Part shown: piece after piece, positions 12,692-23,900 of the stretch
Layout: each line of letters starts with the position of its first letter
Position numbering within the stretch: position 1 is the stretch's first letter
NCBI GenBank assembly: GCA_905178155.1
Contig: CAJINV010000005.1
Location: 1,731,772-1,795,771, forward strand
DNA from: Amoebophrya sp. A120
Lineage: Eukaryota; Protista; Dinoflagellata
DNA length: 64,000 nucleotides
Direction: 5' to 3'
Translations under genes and position numbers: made by a program
Notes under the pieces: generated by a model
Told to the model about the DNA's origin: nothing
Seen by the model: the letters and a program-made list of their open reading frames with translations, nothing else
The model's database searches: none

Positions 12692-13538
12692 GGTTATTTG
12701 TACTTATTTGAATTTGTATTCAAAAAGATCAACACAAGGGTGAGTTATAACTCGGTCAACATCATCTCAACATTACCCAGAACTAGAAAAAGAAAACAAC
12801 TCGTACTTACACAAGTTGTCGAAGATGAAGCAAGGTTTACAGCCCTACTTGGGTTTGGCTTTGATGTTCTGGCAAACAAAACTGCTGTACTTGCGGATAG
12901 ACAACTCGAAATCGACATATCATGATCACGACCTCGGCAATGCTGACACCTTAGTTTGATTCCCTCGTCAAATTTTACAACTCTCGCATGACTATCACAA
13001 ACACAAACGGATAATCTTCATGTTTGAGTTTAACCACGAACTTGAAACGAATTGGAATAAAGCTAAAGTCTGGCACTGTGACTGCCACTGGCTGGTCAAC
13101 AAATAAAACCTGACTGAAAGTCAGAGAAGGAAAACAGAACATCGATCGGCTGCTGCTGTTTCAGTTTCGCATAGTGTAGCGCTACCGCATCAACACACAA
13201 AAAGCACTTTCATGTTGCGAGATAATGTAATGTTCTTTCACTGTAGCGATTCTAGAAAGGCACACACAGAAGTTCATCTTCGCAATGAATTCGTTTTTCA
13301 ACAGCCTAGACACTTGCACAGAAAGATATTCATCCGGGATACAGAGAGACATCACCGTGCGTAAATAAATGGCTAAAGCTGAGTAGTGGTCTGGAAACAG
13401 ATTTTTTCCCATTCCCTAATTGGAACCTCCATATCAGGTCGTTTTCATCTTCATGCGACGAGAGGAGCTCCTGTAGAGCCAGTTCTACTTCTTCAAGAAT
13501 AAAGACCTTCAAACAAATTTTCCAACTATGACTTCTTC

Positions 13539-16500
13539 TCATCGCGGAGACTGGATTGCAGCTCCCGTCGGGCCCATCGACTTCATGGCAGCTCCAGCCG
13601 GGCCCATGGATTTCATAGCCGACGGTGCCATCGAGCTCATCGCGCCCCCGCCACCTCCAGATGGCCCCATGGATTTCATAGCCGACGGTGCCATCGAGCT
13701 CATCGCGCCCCCGCCACCTCCAGATGGCCCCATGGATTTCATAGCCGACGGTGCCATCGAGCTCATCGCGCCCCCGCCACCTCCAGATGGCCCCATGGAT
13801 TTCATAGCCGACGGTGCCATCGAGCTCATCGCATTCCCGCCTTGCTTCGAGGGTGCCATACTCGACATTGCCGCCGCGTTTGATTTCATTGCCGACGGCG
13901 CCATCGAGCTCATCGCATTCCCACCCTGTTTTGATGGTGCCATGGAAGACATGGCTTCTCCGCGTGCCGCGGACGGTGCCATCGAGCTCATTGCCACAGC
14001 GTTGGACTTCATAGCGGACGGTGCCATCGAGCTCATCGCAGCGGCGTTGGATTTCATAGCAGATGGTGCCATAGAACTCATTGCAGCAGCGTTGGACTTC
14101 ATAGCAGATGGTGCCATGGAGCTCATTGCCGCCGCGTTGGACTTCATAGCAGATGGTGCCATAGAACTCATTGCCGCGGCGTTGGACTTCATAGCAGATG
14201 GTGCCATGCTGCTCATCGCAGCGGCGTTCGATTTCATCGCACTGGGCGCCATGCTGCTCATCGCCGCACCCCCACCGCCACCCGCATGAGACTTCATCGC
14301 ACTGGGCGCCATGCTGCTCATCGCCGCACCCCCGCCCGCGTGGGATTTCATCGCCGCCGGCCCCATCGACTTCATAGCGCCACCACCTCCGCCGGCGTGG
14401 GACTTCATGGCGCTCGGCGCCATAGAACTCATTGCCGCGCCCCCACCCGCGTGCGACTTCATCGCCGCGCCACCATGCGACTTCATCGCGGCGCCACCAT
14501 GCGACTTCATGGCCGCTCCACCGTGTGACTTCATCGCCGCACCCCCGCCCGCGTGGGACTTCATGGCCATGCTCTTGTTCGCGCCCCCACTCTTCTTCCC
14601 CTTGTGGTCGTCCTCGGAGCCGCCGATCCGAACGCCGCGCCTGGCCACGTCGCCCACCTGCGCCGACGGATCGAAGTCGCTGGGGCCGCTGCCCTTCTTG
14701 GGCGCGACCGACCCGGACATGGGTAGGTCGTCGCCGAGCAGGCCCGCGAAGATGTCGTCGTGCAGCTCGTCTTGCGTGTACTTCTTGCCCTGCGCCACCT
14801 GCTGCTGCTCCACCACCGATTTCTTCTGGAACAGCGGCGACCGCCCCGACTGCTTCGCCTTCTTCTCCGCCTCCGACAATTCCCGCCCCTTGTACTGGAT
14901 CGCCTTCTCCTCCCAGGCCAGCCGCTTGATCTCCTCCGCCCGGGCTTCCGCCTCCTTCTTCCGCTGCTCCCGCGCTTCCGCCACCCACTCCGGGAACTCC
15001 TCTCCGTAGACCTGCGCGCGGTAAATCGCCAGTTCCTCCGGATCCGTGATGAGCGGGATGGCATACTCCTTCGCCTTCTTGATATCGTCCACCACACCCT
15101 TCGCGTAGGCCCCGAGGCCGAGACTGGCGGTCTCGTCCTGGTCCTCCTCGTCCTTCGGTTTCGGCGGCGGATCCGGCGGCGCCGGTAGTCCCATGGCCGC
15201 GTTGTAGGACCGGCCCAGGTCTTTGTTGGTGATCTGCTTGTTCAACGCGAGCTGGGCTTTGCCCATCTTATCCAGTTTGTACGCGAGCAGGCCGTGCAGC
15301 CCGTCGGTCACATCCTGGTCATCCTTCTGTTCCGTAACGTAGACATACAGTTCCTGGGCCTGCTTCCACACGTCCTCCGGCCCGGGCACATCCAATTGGT
15401 CCGTTTGCCTCTTCGAGGTGGCACGCGAGCCGAGCTGGAACGGAGATGTTGCCCCTTGACCTTGTCCTCCTTCACCTGGCGCCGCACCACCTTCCGCACT
15501 GACAAAACCGGCTGCGGCCGGCATGCGACGCATGCCAGGTTGGAAGGGTGTTCTGCCAGCAGCAGGAGGTCCTCCGACTCCGTGGTCTTCGTCCCACTGA
15601 TTGAGGATCCGCTCCTTCTGCTTGGCCCAAACCCACTGGACGTAGTGCTCCCACGTGGTTGGCCGGAGCGGTTCGGTGAACCGCACGGCGTTGTCGCGCG
15701 GGAACAGGTACCGCGGGTGGCGCACCCGGGAATCCCACGGCGACTTGATCTCGCCCGAGATCGACTCCGCCGACGCGTCGCTGTCCGAATCCGGCTCGGA
15801 CAGAACCGTCGGGTCGTCGTACCCGTTGTACTCATCATCCGGCGGCTCGAACTCCACCGTCATCAGCGTTTCGAAGTCTGTCGGCAACTCCGCGGACCAC
15901 CCCGGTTTCCGGTTGAATCTCCGGTCTAGTGGCGCGGCCTTCCTCCCGACGTTCGTGTAGTTCTGCCCGATGAACCACAGCTTTTCCGCGTTCTTCTTCA
16001 CGACCTTTTCAAAATCGGTCTCGACCTTCTGTCGCGCCTCGCGCTCCCGCTTCCGGTGCTCCATCACCAGTCGCGCGTCCGGGTGGTCCGCGTCCGGAAA
16101 CAGATTGGGGTCTAAGCCCCGTCTCGCAATTTCCCTTATCGATCGCGCAGCGGACTCCAGCTCCTTTTGCCTCTCCTCGACCAAATGCTGTTGTCTCTCC
16201 TCCTTCGCCAGTTGCCGGATCCGCGCGCGCTTCTCGTAGTCGTTGTACAAAACGTTGAGGTTGCCGCCGACTCGCAGCATCTGCGCCTTCCGCCAAAATT
16301 TTACGTTTTTGTCCTTCATCAAGTTGCGCATGAAATCCCCCTTCTCGGATTTATCGTGCACATCCATCCCGTCGAAAAACTCGTCCAATTGCTCCAAATC
16401 CGAGATGAGCTTGAAAACCGGGTGCTGTCTCGGCGCGTCCTTCCCGGAAAGTCTCAACTTCCTGGATTTCCCGTCCATCTCCTCCGGCAGACTGGGACCA

Positions 16501-17084
16501 GTATTCGGGTGTTTCGGCCTCTTGTACTGCTTCTTCGGCTTCGAAAACGGATCCGGGCGACGAGAAGCGGAGAGGTTATTTTCTTTGTCAACATCCTCGT
16601 CGTCCTCCTGTTCCTTTTTCTTCTTTTCCCTGTTTTCTGCATCGCTCGCGCCGGACTTCTCCGAAGCCGCCTCGAACGTCGTGTCGCCCATGCCCTGTCC
16701 GTAGCTGGTCTTGGGTTGTCCGCCCGAAGATCCTGGCTTCACAGATTGAGACACCGCCTCCCCCTCCGGACCCATCATGCTCGCCTTCGCAGACCCGAAG
16801 GGAGCGGCGGATTGCTGCGCCCGGCTTTGCTGGCCGAGCATGGTGACCGAGCTCTGCTGTGCGCTCTGCAGGGCGTGCTGTGCGGCAGAAAGAACGTTGC
16901 CAAACGCGGAGGCCGGCGGAGCGTTGAACATGGCACCGGACGGTGGGGGTCCTTTTCCCTTCCCCTTCCCAGCCGCCATCTTGCCCTTCCCCTTCCCCTT
17001 CCCGACAGCCCCGGGCGGCGGTCCGCCTTTTCCGCCTGAACCGACCTTGGCCTTCGGCCGCACTACAACTTTCTTTGGCGGCAT
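13539..17084 (-). CDS. Intronless hypothetical protein (about 1180 aa) with coiled-coil segments and a Met/Ser/Ala-rich repeat tail
   Basis: Long GC3-rich ORF; likely start MPPKK at 17084. Confidence 0.85.
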   Translation of the reverse strand: MPPKKVVVRPKAKVGSGGKGGPPPGAVGKGKGKGKMAAGKGKGKGPPPSGAMFNAPPASAFGNVLSAAQHALQSAQQSSVTMLGQQSRAQQSAAPFGSAKASMMGPEGEAVSQSVKPGSSGGQPKTSYGQGMGDTTFEAASEKSGASDAENREKKKKEQEDDEDVDKENNLSASRRPDPFSKPKKQYKRPKHPNTGPSLPEEMDGKSRKLRLSGKDAPRQHPVFKLISDLEQLDEFFDGMDVHDKSEKGDFMRNLMKDKNVKFWRKAQMLRVGGNLNVLYNDYEKRARIRQLAKEERQQHLVEERQKELESAARSIREIARRGLDPNLFPDADHPDARLVMEHRKREREARQKVETDFEKVVKKNAEKLWFIGQNYTNVGRKAAPLDRRFNRKPGWSAELPTDFETLMTVEFEPPDDEYNGYDDPTVLSEPDSDSDASAESISGEIKSPWDSRVRHPRYLFPRDNAVRFTEPLRPTTWEHYVQWVWAKQKERILNQWDEDHGVGGPPAAGRTPFQPGMRRMPAAAGFVSAEGGAAPGEGGQGQGATSPFQLGSRATSKRQTDQLDVPGPEDVWKQAQELYVYVTEQKDDQDVTDGLHGLLAYKLDKMGKAQLALNKQITNKDLGRSYNAAMGLPAPPDPPPKPKDEEDQDETASLGLGAYAKGVVDDIKKAKEYAIPLITDPEELAIYRAQVYGEEFPEWVAEAREQRKKEAEARAEEIKRLAWEEKAIQYKGRELSEAEKKAKQSGRSPLFQKKSVVEQQQVAQGKKYTQDELHDDIFAGLLGDDLPMSGSVAPKKGSGPSDFDPSAQVGDVARRGVRIGGSEDDHKGKKSGGANKSMAMKSHAGGGAAMKSHGGAAMKSHGGAAMKSHGGAAMKSHAGGGAAMSSMAPSAMKSHAGGGGGAMKSMGPAAMKSHAGGGAAMSSMAPSAMKSHAGGGGGAAMSSMAPSAMKSNAAAMSSMAPSAMKSNAAAMSSMAPSAMKSNAAAMSSMAPSAMKSNAAAMSSMAPSAMKSNAAAMSSMAPSAMKSNAVAMSSMAPSAARGEAMSSMAPSKQGGNAMSSMAPSAMKSNAAAMSSMAPSKQGGNAMSSMAPSAMKSMGPSGGGGGAMSSMAPSAMKSMGPSGGGGGAMSSMAPSAMKSMGPSGGGGGAMSSMAPSAMKSMGPAGAAMKSMGPTGAAIQSPR
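13560..14570 (-). repeat. Coding tandem repeats (24-, 45- and 63-bp units)
   Basis: GGAAMKSH, SSMAPSAMKSNAAAM and SSMAPSAMKSMGPSGGGGGAM units; 63-bp period at 13618/13681/13744/13807. Confidence 0.92.
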
Positions 17085-18245
17085 TTCGTCGGGAGGTACT
17101 ACTGGAGGACACGGGTAAGTAAGCAAATGATACCGACTCTTCCGGTCACTCAGATCGGTTCTGATCTTCTTCTGCGGCTTTATTTTTCCCGGATGAGAAA
17201 TGAAATCACACACGCCGCTCTTCTTTAGCGTAACTAATATTACAATAAAAACGAGGACTTGGGATTCACAAACCACCACCGGAAGAAGGAAGATTCAAAT
17301 GATAGGAGGGATACTCCTCTTAGTGTACAGAATGAGGATTGCTTATTTTTTTGGGGGTAGCGTTAGCGCAGTTGTCGCTAATTTTCTGACCCAGATGGGT
17401 CCCTGGTTGAAAGAATGTTTCGTAAACTTTATGTTCAACCTATGCTGGAATGTCGTATCTTTATCGTCGAACTGTATTCTACACATATTTAACTCTGGTT
17501 TCACGAAGTAAGTTCACGACCATCTGAGCACGCACGGAACCGAGCCGGCAAAGAAAGATAGTCTCTCAACCGACGAAAGGCTTTCAGTTCTTAGTACGTT
17601 CACAAACTCACAATCAACCAAATCGCACGAGAAACCGAAAATAGCTAAAGCACAGCAGACCGAGCAGACGTATAACGCTTGTGAAGACGAGGCACAACAC
17701 CGATTCATATTCATATTTTGGTCCGCAACGACGTACCGAGACCGAGACAAGGCGTTATTTTGTTTTTGCACGAAGTCCAACACACGAGAACGGTGCTACG
17801 ACGATCATCTAAACAAACACGCGCACTTTGGTCTACTAATTGAGGAACACTTCAAGAAGTAAGGACATGCACTACGTCTGTGCAGGTAGCGCTGTCATCC
17901 TTGATGTAGACGAGTACGGACGGGTAATTATCTTTCTTTTTCTTATCTTTCGCTCAAAGATACTACCTCAATGTGAAACAACATCAAAAACGCTCAGCTT
18001 TGCTGAGAAAGAAACCGTAGTTGTGCCAGAAACAGCACGCTAAGATCTGCGCTCCTCGTCCTCGGATTCGGAAAAAAGAAGGAAAACAAAACTCATTTAA
18101 GGTCTTAGTCCGATCGCTCCTTGCATCAAAGTCGTATTCCAAAAACGCATTCGAAATTACTGCGATCTTCGACAAAATAAGCGAATAACCTTAATCACGC
18201 ATCTCAGCAGGCATCCGACAAAGAGTGCCTGCTACGCCCTGCTCC

Positions 18246-19102
18246 TCAGCACGGGATAATCTGGTAGCTCATGGCCTTCATTTCGTGGTTTTCGCGGCCA
18301 TGGACGAGCTTCTTCTTCACGCAACCCTCCTTACCTGATGAAAAATTTATAAATGATTGATGAACATTTTTTTTTCTAAAGATTTAGATTGTTCTTGTAC
18401 AATCGTCATCATCAGATTGATAGACACAGTTTGACTCGCACCATAATATGATGCCCTCTCATGGAATTCCAAAACACAAGCTAGTCGTAGTCAGTCCCAG
18501 GAGATGATCAAGTTAAAACGTCAAATGTCGAATCATACTGCAGTCGCAGGTTCCGATTTCCTCCGAGTAGGTCGCGTACTCTGAACTATCAAATGCAAAT
18601 ATGTCTGGGTCTGGATGAGTGTGAAGATGCTATTTGTGCATGACGCAGAAGGTCTGGAATGCAAGTCCTAGCAACACAGGTTTTGAGCACGTTAGGCGAT
18701 GCCTACATCTTCCGCATGACAAATTCTCTCTTTGGGTGACAAGAAATGAGCAACTTTTGCGGTCCATGCATGACAGATTTTTTTCTGGTCTCCAATGCGC
18801 ATCAGAAGTTTACATGTTTCCAGACCCAGACATATTTGCAATGCATATGAGCATCGCGTCATCAAGTGCGCGGACACCTTTACCTCGCAACCGCACACTT
18901 CCACCTCCGAGAACTTGGAATCCGTACTGGAAACGCAGGTGTTCACGGCGTTGTTCAGACCGTCGCCCTCGCCCACCACATTGCCGTCCACCGAGACCTT
19001 GGTGGTGACACTGTACTTCCGCTTGTTGTTCTTGAAGGTGCTCTTTTTCAAAAACGCTGACGCAAGCACGGGCAGAGCAAAAAGCTGCAAAAAACGACGC
19101 AT
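18246..19102 (-). CDS. Small secreted cysteine-rich protein (about 130 aa), 3 exons
   Basis: Signal peptide MRRFLQLFALPVLASA; introner 18587-18847 and GT-AG intron 18335-18538 give ...LMTRCS-EYATYSEEIGTCDC-SKEGCVKKKLVHGRENHEMKAMSYQIIPC-stop. Confidence 0.85.
18587..18847. mobile_element. Introner gamma
   Basis: TIR tatcaaatgcaaatatgtctgggtctgga / tccagacccagacatatttgcaatgcata; flanks TGAAC/TGAGC. Confidence 0.9.
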
Positions 19103-20950
19103 TTTTCTTTTTGTTAAGCCAAATGGGAATTTGGTTCTTTTGGTAATTATCGCTCGCTCGTCGCTCTGGCTCTTGCTGCTCGCCTCGCCTACCACATCAA
19201 ACACGCAGCGCGAAAATTTTGTATGTTTTAGTTTTTCCTCAAGTCAATACATCATACATGAAAGAACTGTACGCGAATGCCGCTTTTGCCTGCGTGCGGT
19301 TAGCGATCTGGAAGAAAAACTGTAGATCTACCAAGCGCAAACTCTGAATCCGAATGCTCCATCCTCGCCTTCGTGGCAACGAGATCTTAACTGTTAGAAC
19401 GGAATCGCGCTTGGGATGAAAACGAATCACAGATCGATCCACGAAAAAATAGAACCACACGACCGGAGCTCCTGCTGCGATTTAAAGTAAAAAAGGCGCT
19501 ACACTTTGTGCCATTTTTTTCGGAGTTCTGATCAATTTGCAGCGAACCTTTCTTTCGCTAGATTTTCTGATGTCACCGTGCAAAAAAAGTCAGGGTTCAT
19601 TTTGTCAAAGCGATTGTTGCATGCTGGTCGTTTAGGACCAGCACTCTTTGTTCCCTGCCGCTTTTTGTCTGTGAACCAACCACAGTCAAAAAGCGGCACT
19701 AAATTCATCAATTGGAAGTCGGCGTTCTTTGAGGGAGAACTGCATGAGCTCCCGAGTTTTAGATAAGTGTAGCCCATGCGCACGGTCAAAAATCATTTAT
19801 ATAGCATGCACTCTAAATTTTCTAAAGACCGAAGTACGGGGAGGTAGTGCAGTATGCAGTATCGAGATCATCCACTCTGTGTATGTAGAAGTTGATGCAG
19901 CCGCACCCGCTCCATAGTCTGCGACGGCTGAGGCGTCCCGGCGTCTCGGAAGCCCAAGCTCCTGGAAACGAAGCTAAGCCGGAATATTGAAATACGCTGT
20001 AGCTGCCTAGGGATACGTGTGTAGTGACGAGGAAGGTTTTGTCTTTCTTACACTGAGACTAACCTGGGAGTGGTCCTCCAGGTGAAAGTGTGTTTCCTAT
20101 AACAAAGTCGAAGCCCGCCGAAAAAAAATTCTTTTCGACTTCATATCTTTTGTTTGAAATTTCCATCTAAACGAATGTTTATCTTTATTCAGCACCTCTT
20201 TGTGATGCTAGTCCTTCTGCTGAGAAAAAATTCTCAGCCTGAGACTCACAAATTAAAAATACATTGCGTGTTTTCCGGTTTTCACTATATCTGAATTGTG
20301 ATCCTTATTAAATTTAGATTTACTAGTTTGTTAATGAGTTGCAGTCTGCTCTAACAATCTGCCTTTCTATTTGCTTGAGTTTAAGAAGTCGCTCTTCCTT
20401 CCTTCTGGGCGAGGTTCAAAAAATGTCTTCTTTGGCCCGCTGCGTCTGCACCTAAGTCGTTTTGAATCTGCACTCGAATTGAATTCTAAATTGCAAAACT
20501 CTGGAAAAATCGAAATCAATTAAATTTCGCTGGCTACAACTGCGAGAGAGAGGTAAAATGAGCAATCGGATCGCTCCTTCGTTTCTTTCGATGCCCGGGC
20601 ACGGCACCAAAGATTCTTTCAAGCACCTATCATTTGCTCAATTTCCCTTCTCCCTGCTTTTTCTCACTGTGAATAGTGGGGACCTGGTGCAACTCCCCTC
20701 CCACACCCAGCAATAACAGTGAATGAATACAAAGCTACGACCTGATTGAGATAAAAATAAAGAGTTACGATCTGCCTTTGAGATAAGAAGATGGTTGCGA
20801 CATTTGGATTGAGTTGTTGTGATCGTAAAATCTATTGCCTGTGACCGAGACCATATTTCGATGACCAGCGATACGAATAGAAGAAGTCGGAGCAAAATCA
20901 ACTCCCTTCTTCGCCCCCGCCTCTGTTCTACATCTAAATCGTGTTCGACG

Positions 20951-23900
20951 TCACTTTAAATTTTTGTAGTGATCTTCCGGAATAAATCTCCGCTCCCGCA
21001 CCTTCCGAATCACGTCCTTGGCCTTCCTCAAATCCTGCAACACCAGCGCCCGCTCGGGTTCATGAAACGCGTCCCACTCACTGGGCATCTCGTCGACCAT
21101 CGGCTTGAAGTATTCCAACAGGGGCACCTTGCAGTTCACCCAAGCCGATTGGAGTAGGGAAATGTCCTTCCCCGTAGAAACGTCCTCTTCGGCACCGAAC
21201 GGCAGCCAGGCCTCGTGCGTCTCACGCAGGAACACTTCCAGCGGCCGCCACTCCCCGTCGTTGCACTGGTAGGTACCTAAATTTTTGTTGTTCTTCCGGC
21301 AACTCGACTATACTTTTGTTTGTTGTGACAACAATGCATCGTGTGGGTTTGTACAACACTTCATCTAAAAAATCTGAAGCCAGGCAGTTCTGCATGCAGG
21401 TTTTTCTAAATCTTTCAAGAACTCTGCTCCACCTGCTCGAAGATTGGGTACTACTTTGTCGCTCCGTGCAAGTAGATGAAAAATCGTGGCCAACACATAC
21501 ACAACTTCCTACGTAAAAACTACCTTCAAACGCCTCTTTGGACTTGCAGTAGTGGAACGACGGAAACCCGTTCTGGCGGTCCATCCACCCATGGAAAGCC
21601 GGGAACAAGTGATGCGTACAGCGGTGTCGCGCGTGCTCCCCGACCTGGTCGCACTTCGAGCCGCACAGGGGGCACCGGGCACTGCAGCCCTTAATCAGCC
21701 CCCACGCGGTCTTGGACTGTTCCTGCAGTCCTTTCTGGAGCTGGTCGTCGATCCAACTGTTGGTTGTGGATTTGTCCTTGTCTTCTTCTGGCGGCACCTC
21801 CGGACACACCTGCCCGATAGATATATTTAGATCCTCCAGATTCACCACCTTGCTACCCATGTTCAGCCGCGTGTCTTGTTTCTCTTCCAGATTCTCCTGC
21901 AACTGCAACAGGTGCTGACGGAACGCGGAACAGAAGATCTGCGCGTCTCGCACCGGGAATTCCGCCGTCTCCGGGATAGTATACATTTTTGCAAAAGTAT
22001 TTGTGTATCGCACTGGTAAAAGTTGAAGTTCTTGCATGACAGATTCTTCCGGAGCAAAAACTTGCTTTGGGTGGTACGTCGAACAAACAGAAACTACACA
22101 ATCTCCAAGGATTATTTAATGCAGAAATACTGCCCTTGGTTGAACACGCGCGATATAATTACTTTTGCACGGGAGATAGATTCGGTCAACTACCACCTTA
22201 TACGCTTTCAGCAAGTTGTCCTGCTTCCAATTTCGCGCCTCGCCGAGAAATTCTGCGTTGCCGGGGTCGTTGGCTTCTCTTTTCAAATCTTCGGGTGTGG
22301 GTTGTTGCTGCGTTGCGGTCTGCTTCACGAAGCCTTTGAGGTCCTTCAACGTGATTTTTCCCGTTTTATTCGAGGAAGTCGAACTGGTCGCTGCTCCAGT
22401 CCCAACGATTATCCCGTCGGCATTTGCTGCGGGTAACTCCTCCATCGGCGTCGACATGGACTGATCCGCGGCGACGTTCTCGGTTCCCTCTTTCTCTTCC
22501 CTTTCGCCATTGCTATCCAGCAGACTTTGCTGCGAGGATAATTCTTTGGGCTCTAGTTTGATTTCCCCCTCATCTAGTTCTTGTACAATTCCTGCATTTA
22601 TTTCTACTGCACTGCCGGACGATTTTGTGGCGGCAAAATTGGGTGCCTCGATGCCGCCGGGGGTGAGACGTTTTACCGCAGTGGACCACTGGTCGCAGAT
22701 AGAGAGGACAAGTTTGTACACCGTGCGGACGCGCTCGCGGAGAGAGGCAACCTGGGTTTTTTTATTTCATCATTGTCACGCGCGACTGAGTAGGTTTAAT
22801 AAAAGCGTGAGTGTGTCATGGTAAAAAATTCCAGTGTGCTTGACCATCTCCCTCACATTCGGATAGAGTCTACTTCATCAATCTTCTTCAGCTTCTAGCT
22901 CACAAATTGTTGTTGATCTAGTAAAACAGCAAGAGCAAGATGCCATGGTGAAGTAGATTCAATGCTATGATAAACCTTCGTATCCACGACGTACGCTTTC
23001 CTCCTGGCGAACATGATCAGAAACAGCTTTTCCACGTACGCGTTCACGTCCAAAACGTATTCCAGCACTTCCTGGTAATTCCTCGCCCCGAAAGATTGCT
23101 GGTACGCCCGCTCGTAGGCCTTCGCCGGGTCCGGCATATCGGCCAACACGGACTCCCGGATCTCCGCCGAGAGGTTCAGGATTTCCTGCTGGATGTAGGT
23201 TTTGATGTATCAAAGTGAAAAAAGCCCCCACCCCATATCGGAAACGGAAGATGCGCGAATTTGTGGTGCTGTATTTGAGTACACAAATCGACTTGTATTG
23301 CTAGAAGGCCAAGAGACGAAGCTGCAGCATAAATTGCAGGCAATCTGTCATGCTGTTTCCCACTTCCAGTTGCCTCCTGTCATCCTGGAGCTGCAAGGCT
23401 TTCCCACGCTAGACAGCACTACAGTCCGCATCTTTTGGCTTTGCCTTCTAGCATCACAAAGCTGATTTGTAACCACAAATCTGCATCACAGATTTCCGTT
23501 TTGATATGGGGAGGGGGCATTTTTCATTGTAATATGATGTTCTGGTGGTACCGGGTGGCGAAGTTCTTCGCCACCTCCACGTCGTTGCTGTTGGCCTTAT
23601 GCATTGCAAAAGCATCGCACTAGTATAAATCGCAATACAAATTTCTCCAGAAGGAAAAATGGAATTTGTAGTGCTGATCTCGCTGAGAGACAAGATTCGT
23701 CATGCATGATTGCAATTAGTACGAGTACGATACTTTTGCAATGCATAGGCCTTGATAATCAGCAAAAAGTGGTCCTCGATCTGCTGTTTGTGCTCTCGCA
23801 ACACGTCCATTTCCTTGGCGTTTTGCTGCTCCTCCTCCTTCAACCGTTTCTCGTACGCCGCAACACGAACGAGCACGGACAGCTCGTGGATAAACCTGTT

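Noticed and set aside
921-17039. Long plus-strand ORFs such as 921..2045, 13528..14289 and 16167..17039
   Set aside because: Antisense shadows of high-GC3 minus-strand exons.
20045-20100. Hairpin with ctga...gaaa resembling a hammerhead ribozyme or other ncRNA
   Set aside because: The core reads CTGAGAC rather than CUGANGA and no third stem with UH is evident; no snRNA, SRP or tRNA signature found by eye.
19500-20640. Possible small multi-exon gene between the secreted protein and the GTPase
   Set aside because: Only short open segments, with no supportable model or homology.
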